The position numbers and the translations under genes are program-made. A stretch of 64,000 nt of DNA from an uncultured Thermoleophilia bacterium (GTDB lineage: Bacteria > Actinomycetota > Thermoleophilia > UBA2241): positions 576,001 to 640,000 of the forward strand of contig CAVQSP010000011.1 in assembly GCA_963715985.1 (NCBI GenBank), read 5' to 3'. The first letter of the stretch is position 1. Each line of letters begins with the position of its first letter. Positions 54,507 to 64,000 of this stretch are shown here, piece after piece. The notes under the pieces are model-generated. The model saw nothing but the letters and a program-made list of their open reading frames with translations. It was not told the origin of the DNA and did not search any database.

Positions 54507-57500
54507 TCAGCCGGAGGTGCCGGAGAAGATGGTACCCGTCACGGCGATGCCGATGCCGATGTCCTGCCCTTCGAGGCGGGCCGTCTCGCGATGCTCGCCC
54601 GCCGCCTCCGCCATGACCAGCTCGCCGGCGAGCGTCTCGGCGCGGATCGTCTCCGCGTGGCGCTCGACCACCGGGACGAGCTCGGCAGGGACGGCCAGCC
54701 ACAGCTTGATGGTATCTTCGATGCGCAGGCCCGCGTTCTTGCGCGCGAGCTGCACGGCGTGCACGAGCTCGCGCGCCACGCCCTCTTCGCGCAGGGCGTC
54801 GTCCACGTCCGTCCTGAGGGCCACCGTGCGGCCGCCTTCGGACTCCACCTGATAGCCGTCCGGCGAGCCGGTCTCGATGAGGAGGTCCTCCTCGGTGAGC
54901 CAGAGCTCGCCGTCGCCGGCCTTCAGGGCCACGGCGCCGGAGGCGCGGAGCTCGGCGACCAGGGCGGCGGCGTCCGTCTCCTTGAGCGCCGCCTGCAGCG
55001 CGCCCAGCCGCTTGCCGAGCCGGGGGCCCAGGACCTTGAGGTTGGGCTTCACGGTGTAGGCGACCAGCTCGCTCTCGTCGCCGGCCACCCGCAGGTCCTT
55101 GACGTTGAGCTCGTCCAGGAGCACGTCGCGCAGGTCTTCCACGGAGCTGCCGTTCGGCCTCGGGCAGCGCCACGACCACCTCGGCCAGCGGCTGGCGCGT
55201 CTTGACCGCCGCGGCGTTGCGCGCGGCGCGGCCCATCTCGACCACGCGCCGCGCCGCCGCCATGTCGAACGACACGCCGGCGTCGATGGCCTGCTCGTCG
55301 ACCACGGGCCAGGCGCACAGGTGCACGCTCTCCGGGGCCGCCGGGTCCACGCCGCGCACGAGGTTCTGGTACAGCTCCTCGGCCACGAACGGCGTGAACG
55401 GCGCCAGCAGCTTGCACGCCGTCACCAGCGCCTCGTAGAGCGTCTGGTAGGCGGCCAGCTTGTCGGTGTCGCTCTCGCTCTTCCAGAAGCGGCGCCGGCT
55501 GCGGCGCACGTACCAGTTGCTGAGGTCGTCCACGAACTCCTGGACGGCGCGGCAGGTGCCGGTGGCGTCGTAGGCCTCGAGGCCGTCGGTGACGGCCTGC
55601 ACCAGCGTGTTGAGCTCGCCGATGAGCCAGCGGTCGAGCAGCGGCCGCTCCTCGAGCGGCACCGGCTCGGCGAGCGGATCGAAGCGGTCGATGTTGGCGT
55701 ACACCGTGAAGAAGCTGTAGGTGTTCCACAGCGTGAGCAGGAACTTGCGCACCACCTCGTCGACCATGTCGGCGCTGAAGCGCCGCGGGCTCCACGGCTG
55801 CTGGCTCGAGAACATGAACCAGCGGAAGGCGTCCGCGCCCTGGTGGTCGAGGATGTCGTCGGGCTGCACCACGTTGCCCTTGCTCTTGCTCATCTTCTGG
55901 CCGTCGCCGTCGAGGATGTGCCCCAGGCAGAGGACGCGCTTGTACGAGCTGCGGCCCTCCACCAGCGTGGCCACGGCGAGAAGGCTGTAGAACCAGCCCC
56001 GCGTCTGGTCGATGGCCTCGGCGATGAAGTCGGCCGGGAAGCGCTCGCGGAACGTGTCCTCGTGCTCGAACGGGTAGTGCCACTGGGCGAACGGCATGGA
56101 GCCGGAGTCGAACCAGGCGTCGATGACCTCCGGGACGCGGCGCATCTCGCCGCCACACTCGGGGCAGGTCGAGGACGACGTCGTCGACGTAGGGACGGTG
56201 GAGTTCCAGATCCTCCGGGACGGGACCGGCCGCCAGCTCGCGCAGCTCCGCGATGGAGCCCAGGCAGTGCAGGTGACCGTGCCCGCAACGCCACACCGGC
56301 AGGGGCGTGCCCCAGTAGCGGTCGCGGCTCAGGGCCCAGTCCACGTTGTTGGCGAGCCACTCGCCGAAGCGCCCTGTCTTGATGTGCTCCGGGTGCCAGA
56401 CGACGGCCTCGTTGGCCTTGAGGAGCTCGTCCTTGACGGCCGTGGTGCGGATGTACCACGTCTCCTTGGCGTAGTAGAGCAGGGCCGTGTCGCAGCGCCA
56501 GCAGAACGGGTAGCTGTGCTCGTAGGGCTCCACGCCGAGCAGCAGGCCGCGCTCCTTGAGGTCCTCGGTGATGGCCGGGTCCGCGTCTTTGACGAAGACG
56601 CCGGCCCACGGCGTGACCTCGGCGATGAAGCGGCCGTCCAGGTCCACGGCATTGACCACCGGCAGGTCGTTCTCGAGGCCCACACGCATGTCATCCTCGC
56701 CGAAGGCGGGGGCCATGTGCACGATGCCGGTGCCGTCCGTGGTGGTGACGAAGTCGGCGCCGACCACGAAGTGGGCGCGCTTCTCCGGAGTCATGAAGGC
56801 GAACGGTGCCTCGTACGCCAGGCCGAGCAACTCGGCGCCGGGAAGCTCGCGCTCGACCACGGCGTGCTTGCCGAGCACCTTGTCCACGAGGTCGCGGGCG
56901 AGAATGAAGCGCTCGCCGCGGCTCTCCACCAGGGCGTACACCACGTCGGGGCGGACCGCGGTGGCCACGTTGCTGATCAGCGTCCACGGAGTGGTGGTCC
57001 ACACGGCCAGCGAGACGGGCACGCCGGGAGGCGCGCCGAGCCTGTAGGCGGCTTCGTCAGTCGAGCCGGAAGCGCACGTAGATGGAATCCTCGGTGACGT
57101 CCTTGTACCCCTGCGCCACCTCGTGGCTGCTGATCGCCGTACCGCAGCGCGGGCAGTACGGGACCACCTTGTGGCCCTCGTAGAGCAGGTCCTTGTCCCA
57201 GATCTGCCGCAGCAGCCACCACACCGATTCGATGTACTCGTTGGTGTACGTGTAGTAGGCGTCCTCCATGTCCACCCAGAAGCCGATGCGCTCGGTGAAG
57301 CGCTCCCACTCCTCCAGGTAGGTGGTGACGCTCTCCCTGCAGAGCTTGTTGAACTCGGCCACGCCGTAGTCCTCGATCTGCTGCTTGCCGTCGATGCCGA
57401 GGCGGCGCTCCACCTCGAGCTCCACGGGCAGGCCGTGGGTGTCCCAGCCGGCCTTGCGCGGCACGCGGTAGCCGCGCATCGTCTTGTAGCGCGGGAAGAG

Positions 57501-57716
57501 GTCCTTGAAGATGCGCGAGACGATGTGGTGGGAGCCCGGGCGCCCGTTAGCCGTGGGCGGACCCTCGTAGAAGACGAAGACGGGGGCGTCCTCCCGCCCC
57601 ACGAGGCTCTTCTCGAAGATGCTGCGGTCCTTCCAGAAGGCGAGGATGCGCGCGTCCAGCGCCGGGAAGTCGACGCGCGCGGACACCTCCTGGAAGCGTG
57701 GCTGCTTGTCGCTCAC
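54507..57716 (-). CDS. ileS: Isoleucine--tRNA ligase, type 2 (three indels near 57060, 56170, 55145)
   Basis: [51 protein letters not shown]. Confidence 0.96.
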
Positions 57717-58041
57717 GTGACTCGCTTTCGTCGGGCGGCGGGCCGAAGGGCCGGGTGGCCGGAAGGCCGATTCTACCAGACGGCCACGAGGCGGGCCGGA
57801 CCGCATGGGGTCCCGGCCGATGGGCGAGGTCGAGGACAAGCGGTGCCTCTCGCAGCCACAAGCATCTGGCGCGACGAGCTGGAAGGCGAGCCGATCACGT
57901 CGCGCCCGATCATGACGCTGAGCGCGGCGAGCGCCCTCCCGCCGTTGTTCCAACGCCCCATGGGTCGTCACGAGCCCGACCAGGGCCCGGCCCCGACGGG
58001 GTATAGTCAGGTGTGGAATCGATCGAGAGGTCGCAGCGCTC

Positions 58042-58365
58042 ATGAAGACGGACGCGGCATCAGCGCTTCAGGGACTGAAGATCAGGCTGGTCGCACTGTT
58101 TGGCCCTGAAGTGGAGCTCAGGGTCTTTGGCTCGGTCGCGCGCGGTGATGACCGCGAGTCCTCCGATATCGACGTCCTCGTACTGCTTCCCGGGCCGATA
58201 GATCACGCCACCGAAGAGCGGGTGTTCGACGCCGCGTACGACCTGGAGCTGGAACACGGCGTCGTCTTCGGCGTCGTCGTGTACGAGAAGGCATTCTGGG
58301 ATTCCGATCTGGCAGCCGGCATGTTCCTCCATCGCAACATCGAGCGCGAAGGGCTGACCGTGTGA
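58042..58365 (+). CDS. Minimal nucleotidyltransferase (MNT) antitoxin-like
   Basis: [21 protein letters not shown]. Confidence 0.9.
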   Translation: MKTDAASALQGLKIRLVALFGPEVELRVFGSVARGDDRESSDIDVLVLLPGPIDHATEERVFDAAYDLELEHGVVFGVVVYEKAFWDSDLAAGMFLHRNIEREGLTV

Positions 58366-58781
58366 ACGAGCGTCTCATTCGCTTTCGCAGAGACAGAGCG
58401 AGAGAGACCTTGGCCGACGCCCGCGTGCTGATGCGCGATGGCAGTCCCGCGTCAGCGCTCAACCGCATCTACTACGCCATGTTCTATGAAGTACTGGCCC
58501 TGCTCCACACGCAGGACCTGGCGTCAGCGAAGCACTCGGGAGTCCGCGCGCTCTTCAACGAGCACTTCGTCAAAGCCGGCATCGTGCCGGTGGAACAGGG
58601 GCGCCTGTTCGCGCGCATGTATGACTTCAGGCAGAAGAGCGACTACGGCGACTTCGTGCAGATCCAGCCTGACAAGGTCGCCGATTGGCTGGAGCAGGCG
58701 GTGACGTTCATCGATGGACTCGACCAGACCGTTGAGGCCATCATGGCAGGCCACGGCCGAGAACCTCGCCCTCGGCCCTGA
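58362..58781 (+). CDS. HEPN domain protein (UPF0332-like)
   Basis: NRIYYAMFY...KHSGV..LFNEHFVK...RQKSDYG. Confidence 0.9.
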   Translation: MNERLIRFRRDRARETLADARVLMRDGSPASALNRIYYAMFYEVLALLHTQDLASAKHSGVRALFNEHFVKAGIVPVEQGRLFARMYDFRQKSDYGDFVQIQPDKVADWLEQAVTFIDGLDQTVEAIMAGHGREPRPRP

Positions 58782-58791
58782 CGCCGAGCGA

Positions 58792-59940
58792 CTACAGCTC
58801 GTAGTCCCAGGGAGCGTCGATCTCGCGCAAGGGGAGCACTCGGACATTCTCCGCCAGCCGATAGGACGTGCGGCCGGGATAGACGACCCAGAGAGCGGCC
58901 AGCTCAAGGTCCTCCAGGGCCACCCTCATAGACCGGGTCAGGCGCGGAGCATCCTGGTACTTGAACTCCACGCCCCACGTGCGCCCGCCCCACTGCCAGA
59001 ACAGATCCAGCTCGGCTCCGGCGTGGGTGCGCCAGAAGGAGAGCTCCTCTGCCTCCCGATCAAGGGCCTGACAGGTGCACTCCAGGGCGAATCCCTCCCA
59101 TGACGCGCCCAGTCTGGGCGAGGACTGCAGCTGCTCCATCGATTCCACCGACAGGAGGGCATGCAGCACGCCGCTGTCTCGGAGAAAGAGCTTCGGCCTG
59201 CGAACCACCCGCTTGCCGATGTTCGTCGCCCAGGGCGCCAGGAGACGGACCATGAAGGCGCCCTCGAGGATCTCGCAGTACCTCCGCACCGTCATGTCGG
59301 AGACCCCGAACGATCGCCCCAGCTCGGAGTAGTTCAGGATCTGTCCGTGGTAGTGACTGAGCATGGTCCAGAAGCGCCGCAGGGTGCGCGCCGGGATGGT
59401 GATGCCGAGCTGGGGAATGTCCCGCTCGAGAAACGTGGAGATGTACTGCCGACGCCAGACGAGGCTTGCTTCCTCAGTCTCCGCAAGGAAGGAGCGTGGC
59501 AACCCACCACGCAGCCACAGCGCCGCCGCGTTCTCCGCGCCGATGTCACTCAAGCGAAAACCACCCAGCTGATGGAAGGCGATGCGACCGGCGAGCGTCT
59601 CCGACCCCTGGCGGATCAGATCGCGCGAGGCACTTCCGAGGATGAGGTACTTCTGATCCGCCCCGCGATCCACAAGGTAGCGCAGCAGGGGGAAGAGGTC
59701 CGGCTGGCGCTGGATCTCGTCGATGACTATGAGCCCCTTGAGATCCTCGAGAGCCAGTTGCGGCTGCTCCAGCCGCGCAGCAGCCCGAGGGTCCTCCAAG
59801 TCGAACGAATGGTCCGCGGCGAACGCCTGGGCCAGGGTGGTCTTGCCGCACTGGCGCGGCCCCAGGATGGCCGTGACGGGAAACGCCGCCAGTAGTCTGC
59901 CAACGGCCTCGATGTCCCGCTTTCGTGCGACGAGATCCAT
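58792..59940 (-). CDS. AAA_14/DUF4143 ATP-binding protein
   Basis: GPRQCGKTT, IDEIQ, ILGSAS, RGGLP, PKLFLRDSG, AELDL..GVEFK. Confidence 0.93.
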   Translation of the reverse strand: MDLVARKRDIEAVGRLLAAFPVTAILGPRQCGKTTLAQAFAADHSFDLEDPRAAARLEQPQLALEDLKGLIVIDEIQRQPDLFPLLRYLVDRGADQKYLILGSASRDLIRQGSETLAGRIAFHQLGGFRLSDIGAENAAALWLRGGLPRSFLAETEEASLVWRRQYISTFLERDIPQLGITIPARTLRRFWTMLSHYHGQILNYSELGRSFGVSDMTVRRYCEILEGAFMVRLLAPWATNIGKRVVRRPKLFLRDSGVLHALLSVESMEQLQSSPRLGASWEGFALECTCQALDREAEELSFWRTHAGAELDLFWQWGGRTWGVEFKYQDAPRLTRSMRVALEDLELAALWVVYPGRTSYRLAENVRVLPLREIDAPWDYEL

Positions 59941-59957
59941 GTCGAGACGCTACGCTC

Positions 59958-60002
59958 TCATCATTGAAATATCAAGGCCAATACATGAGTTTTCAATGAT
60001 GA
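59958..60002. promoter_or_regulatory. AT-rich 12-bp perfect inverted repeat upstream of the ATPase
   Basis: TCATCATTGAAA-N21-TTTCAATGATGA. Confidence 0.7.
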
Positions 60003-60057
60003 CCGGGAGCGCCTTTCCGGTGTCGTTCGCCGCGGGCTGCTCGACCGCCACGTCGCC

Positions 60058-60110
60058 CTCGACTACGACGGCACGCTCACCACCCACGAGTGCAGCGAGG
60101 TCGTCCTGCG
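60058..60110 (+). pseudogene. Diverged copy of the 5' end of the downstream HAD gene
   Basis: LDYDGTLTTHECSEVVL versus LDYDGTITTHECNEIAL at 60775. Confidence 0.75.
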
Positions 60111-60197
60111 GCTGAGAGGGCGGCGAGTGGCGACCGCTCGAGGACGACGCCTGCCGCGTCCGGCGGAGGCGCACCGGGCCCGTCGCCTCTGACTGTC

Positions 60198-60389
60198 TCA
60201 ACCGGCGAACAGCCGCTCGAAGAGCGCTTCCCGCGACAGGCCGAAGTGATCGGCGACCTCTGCGAGGATGCCGGCGACTGTGCCCACACGGAGAGGGGCG
60301 TGGCGCGGGATCGTGATGTGGTGCTCGCCGCCGAGAGCCGACAGAGAGCGCGCGAGCTCCTCCCCCGAGAGGTCCCGCGGAAGCCTCAT
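60198..60389 (-). pseudogene. HicA-family toxin with an internal in-frame deletion
   Basis: MRLPRDLSGEELARSLSALG|GEHHITIPRHAPLRVGTVAGIL; the GSH hairpin segment is absent. Confidence 0.7.
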
Positions 60390-60595
60390 ACCGCGATCAG
60401 TCGATCCCGCACGAAGTGGAGTCGGATCACGCGGGGACGGAGTGCTTCGCCCTCGAAATGGCAGTGCACTGCGTCGCGCACCTGCGTCTGCAGCGCCTCC
60501 AGATCGTCGGCCTCAGCGAAGATGGACGCGCCCAGTGCGTGCGCGGAATACCCACCTTCGGGCGCTTCCTCGACTACGAAGATGATCTCGTCCAC
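60386..60595 (-). CDS. Short HicB-like antitoxin
   Basis: EIIFVVEEAPEGGYSAHALGASIFAEADD...VRDAVHCHF. Confidence 0.85.
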   Translation of the reverse strand: MDEIIFVVEEAPEGGYSAHALGASIFAEADDLEALQTQVRDAVHCHFEGEALRPRVIRLHFVRDRLIAV

Positions 60596-60762
60596 GTGAA
60601 GACCTCGGGGTTGGCAGGGGTGGGCAGCAACATTGTACTCGCGGCAACTGGGCTCCGGTACGCCCCGGTGGCCGAGAGGCCGATGACGCCTGAGGCGCGG
60701 CCGGGCGACGAGCGGCGCGACCGGCCCCGGGGCCGCCCACCGCCCTCATGTAGACTCACGGC

Positions 60763-61425
60763 ATGCTCGCCTTTCTCGACTACGACGGCACCATCACCAC
60801 GCACGAGTGCAACGAGATCGCGCTGCAGCGCTTCGTCGGCGACGCCTGGCGGCCCATCGAAGACGAGATCAAGGCCGACCGGCTCGGGCACGCGGAGGGG
60901 TTCGAGCGCCAGATCGGCCTCGTGCAGGCGCCGCGGGCGGAGCTCCTCGGCGCCCTCGTGGACGCCGCCGTCCCCTCGCCGGGCCTGCACGGCTTCCTGG
61001 GTGAACTGGAGGACCGCGGCGGCCGGGCGGTCCTGGTCAGCGCCGGCCTCCGCGAGGCCATCGAGGCCGTCTGGCGCCGCGAGGGCCTGCCACCCGTGGA
61101 GCTGTACGCCAGCGAGCTCATCGGCGGCGGCCCGGACGGCGGACCGCCGTTCCATCTGGAGTTCAACGCGGCGCTGGGCGACTGCCCCCGCTGCGGACCC
61201 GGAGTGTGCAAGGGCGCACTCCTGCGCGCGCTGCGACACGCGGACGAGACGGTGCTCGTCTTCGGCGACGGCGCCAGCGACGTGTGCCCGGCGCGAGAGG
61301 CCGACCTGACCTTCGCCCGCGACCATCTCGCCGAGCGCTGCGCCGAAGAAGGTATGGAGTGGCGCCCGCTCCCCGATTACACCGCCGTGTGGGACGAGGT
61401 CGACGCGTGGGCGAGACGCCGCTGA
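60763..61425 (+). CDS. HAD-IB phosphatase (MtnX-like)
   Basis: DYDGTIT, LVSAG, C-x2-C...CK, GDGASDVCPA. Confidence 0.9.
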   Translation: MLAFLDYDGTITTHECNEIALQRFVGDAWRPIEDEIKADRLGHAEGFERQIGLVQAPRAELLGALVDAAVPSPGLHGFLGELEDRGGRAVLVSAGLREAIEAVWRREGLPPVELYASELIGGGPDGGPPFHLEFNAALGDCPRCGPGVCKGALLRALRHADETVLVFGDGASDVCPAREADLTFARDHLAERCAEEGMEWRPLPDYTAVWDEVDAWARRR

Positions 61426-62759
61426 GCGACGCCGGCCCGGGGCTCGTTGCCGGCGCTCCGGCGGCGGGTCCGGCGCGGGCACCGCTCCCGGCTCGCCCGG
61501 CGAGCGAGACGGCGCTCCTCATCGCCGCCGCCGTCGCCCTGCAGGCCCTCGTCTGGGCCGTGCTCGTCGTCCTGCTCTACCAGCTGCGGATCGGCTACAG
61601 CTTCCACGACCTCTCGGACTCGCTGTGGTACATCCACTACGCGGACCTGGTCGCCCGCGGACAGCGCGTGTACCGCGACTTCTCCTTCGAGTACCCGCCG
61701 CTCGCCCTGCCCCTCCTCCTGCTGCCGCCGCACTCCAGCGTTGCCGCCTACGAACGCTGGTTCAGCATCGAGATGATCGTGCTCTGCTCGGCCGCCGCCG
61801 CACTCACGGCGGCGGCCGCGGCTTCGCTGTGGCGCGGGCTCGGCCGCCCGCTGGCGGCGGCGGTCGCCTTCGCCGCCGCCGTAGCGGCCGCCGGCGCCGT
61901 GACCGCCCATCGCTACGACGCGGCGGTGGCCCTCACGCTGGCCGCCTGCGCCCTGTTCCTCGCGCGCCGGCACACCACGGCCGCCGCCGGGGCGCTCGGC
62001 GCCGGCTTCGCGCTCAAGCTCACGCCGGCCATGCTCCTGCCCCTGGTGCTCATCCTCGCTGAGGGCCGGCGCCGCGTGCTGTGGGCTGTCCTGGCGTTCG
62101 CGGTCGTGGCCGCCCTGCCGTTCGTCCCGTTTCTCGGCGACGTGGCCGGGCTCGCGACGATGGTCTCCTACCACGCCGACCGCCCGCTGCAGCTCGAGAG
62201 CGTGCCCGGCACGCCCTACCTGGTGGCCGGCGCTCTGGGCTCTACGCGCGTGAGCACAGGCAGCGCCTACGGCTCGCAGTTCCTGGCGGGGCCCGGGGCG
62301 ACCGCCGTGGCGGCCGTCGCCCCCTGGCTGGGCGTCGTGCTCGTCGCCGGCGTGTACGTGCTCGTGTGGCGCCGCCGGGCGCTGCTGCGCGCGGCGCCCC
62401 AGTACGTCCCGCTCGCCGCCCTCACCTGCGTGCTCGTCTTCACCGCCTGCAACAAGGTGCTCTCTCCCCAGTTCCTCGTGTGGACCTTCCCCCTGCTGGC
62501 GCTGGTGCTCGCCGGCGAGGGCCGGGGGCAGCGCGCGTGCGGCCTCCTCACGCTGGCGGCGATCGCGCTCACGCAGGTGGAGTTCCCGGCCCTGTACTGG
62601 AACGTGGTGGCGCTGCACCCCGCGCCCGTGGCCGTGGTGGTGGCCCGCAACGCCGTGCTCGTGGGCGCCGCAGCCGTCGCAGCCCTGACCCTGTGGCGCC
62701 TGCCGCGCCGCCTGTCGCCCGCAGGCGCGCCGCCGCAGGCCCGCGCGCCGGGTTTCTGA
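61407..62759 (+). CDS. GT87/DUF2029-like GT-C glycosyltransferase
   Basis: YRDFSFEYPPLA, RYD, LKLTP, RPLQLES, NKVLSPQFLVW; start uncertain. Confidence 0.85.
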   Translation: MGETPLSDAGPGLVAGAPAAGPARAPLPARPASETALLIAAAVALQALVWAVLVVLLYQLRIGYSFHDLSDSLWYIHYADLVARGQRVYRDFSFEYPPLALPLLLLPPHSSVAAYERWFSIEMIVLCSAAAALTAAAAASLWRGLGRPLAAAVAFAAAVAAAGAVTAHRYDAAVALTLAACALFLARRHTTAAAGALGAGFALKLTPAMLLPLVLILAEGRRRVLWAVLAFAVVAALPFVPFLGDVAGLATMVSYHADRPLQLESVPGTPYLVAGALGSTRVSTGSAYGSQFLAGPGATAVAAVAPWLGVVLVAGVYVLVWRRRALLRAAPQYVPLAALTCVLVFTACNKVLSPQFLVWTFPLLALVLAGEGRGQRACGLLTLAAIALTQVEFPALYWNVVALHPAPVAVVVARNAVLVGAAAVAALTLWRLPRRLSPAGAPPQARAPGF

Positions 62760-62853
62760 GCCGCCGCCGGTCACATATCATGGCGGCGGCCCAGCGGCCG
62801 CGCGGCCGGCGTCGCGCCGCGCACCTCCCGCTCCCGCGCCACACCGAGGACGA

Positions 62854-63273
62854 GTGGACGACAGCCTGAAGCGCAGCCTCATCCAATTCGTGAAGTTCTG
62901 CTTCGTGGGCGGCAGCGGCGTCATCGTGAACCTCGCGGTGTTCAACCTCACCCTGTTCGCCTGGGACGCGGCCTTCGGCGACACGCCCACCGCCGCCAAG
63001 TACCTCGGCAACGCCCTCGGCTTCGTCGTCTCCGTGCTCACCAACTACTACCTCAACCGGCGCTGGACCTTTCGCTCCTCGGGCGCCGTCTCGAGCGAGC
63101 TGCCCAAGTTCTTCATCGTCAGCGTCGTGGCCTATCTGGCCAACGTCGGCGTGTTCACCGTGTGCCTCTCGGTGCTGGGCTTGGGCCCCAACCTCAGCCA
63201 GCTCATCGCCATCGCCTGCGTGATGCCCATCAACTTCGTGCTCAACAAGCTCTGGAGCTTCCGCCACGCATGA
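62854..63273 (+). CDS. GtrA family protein
   Basis: QFVKFCFVGGSG..VN, NYYLNRRWTF, NFVLNKLWSF. Confidence 0.93.
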   Translation: MDDSLKRSLIQFVKFCFVGGSGVIVNLAVFNLTLFAWDAAFGDTPTAAKYLGNALGFVVSVLTNYYLNRRWTFRSSGAVSSELPKFFIVSVVAYLANVGVFTVCLSVLGLGPNLSQLIAIACVMPINFVLNKLWSFRHA

Positions 63274-64000
63274 GCGCCGCGGCCGACACCCGCCGCACGC
63301 ACCACGTCAACGTCCCGGCGGCGCTGCTCGTCACGCTCGCCCTCACGACGCTGGTCCTGGTCGTGCTGCTGCCGAACCTCTGGTACCGGCTGCACGACGT
63401 CAGCGACATCCCGGTGTACCAGGGCTACTCCCTGCGCCTGTCACAGGGCGAGCGGCCCTTCACGCCCTCGTTCGAGATCGAGTACCCGCCGCTGGCCGTG
63501 CCGCTGTTCCGGCTGCCCGGCCACGCCGCCGACCCGCTCGCGTACCAGCGCTGGTTCACCATCGACATGGGCGTGCTGACCCTGCTCACGGCGGCGGTCA
63601 CGGCGCTCGCGGCCTGCCGCTTCTGGCCGCGCGGCGGGCGCGCCTACGTGACGGCGGTCCTCTTCCCCGTCTCCGTCGCGCTCATCGGGGCGATCATCGT
63701 CAACCGCTATGACGTGGCCGTCGCCCTGCTCATCGCCGCCTTCATCCTCTGCCTGTCCGCCGGCTGGCACACCGCTGCCGCGTTCCTGCTCGGCATGGGC
63801 TTCGCCCTCAAGTTCACGCCCGCCGCGATGTTGCCGCTCGTGCTCATCATGGCCGGCAGGCCCAGGCGCTGGCTGTGGCCCATCGTCGCCTTCGCGGCGG
63901 CGGCCGCGGCACCGTTCGTGCCGTACCTGTTCTCCTCGCCGCGCGGCCTCTGGTACGTCTTCCAATACCACCTGGAACGGCCGCTGCAGATCGAGAGCGT
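63270..64000 (+). CDS. Second GT87-like glycosyltransferase (runs off the window edge)
   Basis: SDIPVY...EIEYPPLA...NRYD...LKFTP...RPLQIES. Confidence 0.85.
   Translation, partial: MSAAADTRRTHHVNVPAALLVTLALTTLVLVVLLPNLWYRLHDVSDIPVYQGYSLRLSQGERPFTPSFEIEYPPLAVPLFRLPGHAADPLAYQRWFTIDMGVLTLLTAAVTALAACRFWPRGGRAYVTAVLFPVSVALIGAIIVNRYDVAVALLIAAFILCLSAGWHTAAAFLLGMGFALKFTPAAMLPLVLIMAGRPRRWLWPIVAFAAAAAAPFVPYLFSSPRGLWYVFQYHLERPLQIES

Noticed and set aside
57057-57059. TGA in ileS as a recoding site
   Set aside because: Removing one base restores [11 protein letters not shown]...VWTTTPW, which points to an indel error.
57717-58041. T-box riboswitch upstream of ileS
   Set aside because: No GGTGGNACC T-box motif found on the minus strand by eye.

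Overview
High-GC bacterial DNA. The gene repertoire suggests an anaerobic or facultative Actinomycetota lineage such as Thermoleophilia (inference only). Many genes, including the essential ileS, are broken by single-base indels, which most likely reflects unpolished long-read errors. 1-30 kb is accessory metabolism and signalling: non-Pyl MttB with a PLP decarboxylase, aqpZ, TetR with a Tat MBL hydrolase, two divergent diguanylate cyclases, SulP, and a sulfatase/CrtC-like cluster. 30.4-37.4 kb is a ~6.8 kb island at the 3' end of tRNA-Arg(CCT), bounded by 86-bp direct repeats and carrying an RpoD-like sigma factor and two integrase tails. 37.5-41.5 kb is the most notable part: a probable selenoprotein missed by the ORF track, then an integron-type cassette array. 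The array has an attI-like site, two well-formed attC hairpins of unusual geometry, two toxin-antitoxin cassettes and a cupin cassette, but no intI in the window. It is followed by an AAA+/DUF4143 ATPase with 23-bp-period upstream repeats. 47.8-57.7 kb is housekeeping (nadE, ask, asd, trxB, trxA, ileS). 58-60.6 kb is a second TA/ATPase islet, and the window ends in a GT87/GtrA glycosylation cluster. Family assignments come from motif recognition, not database searches.
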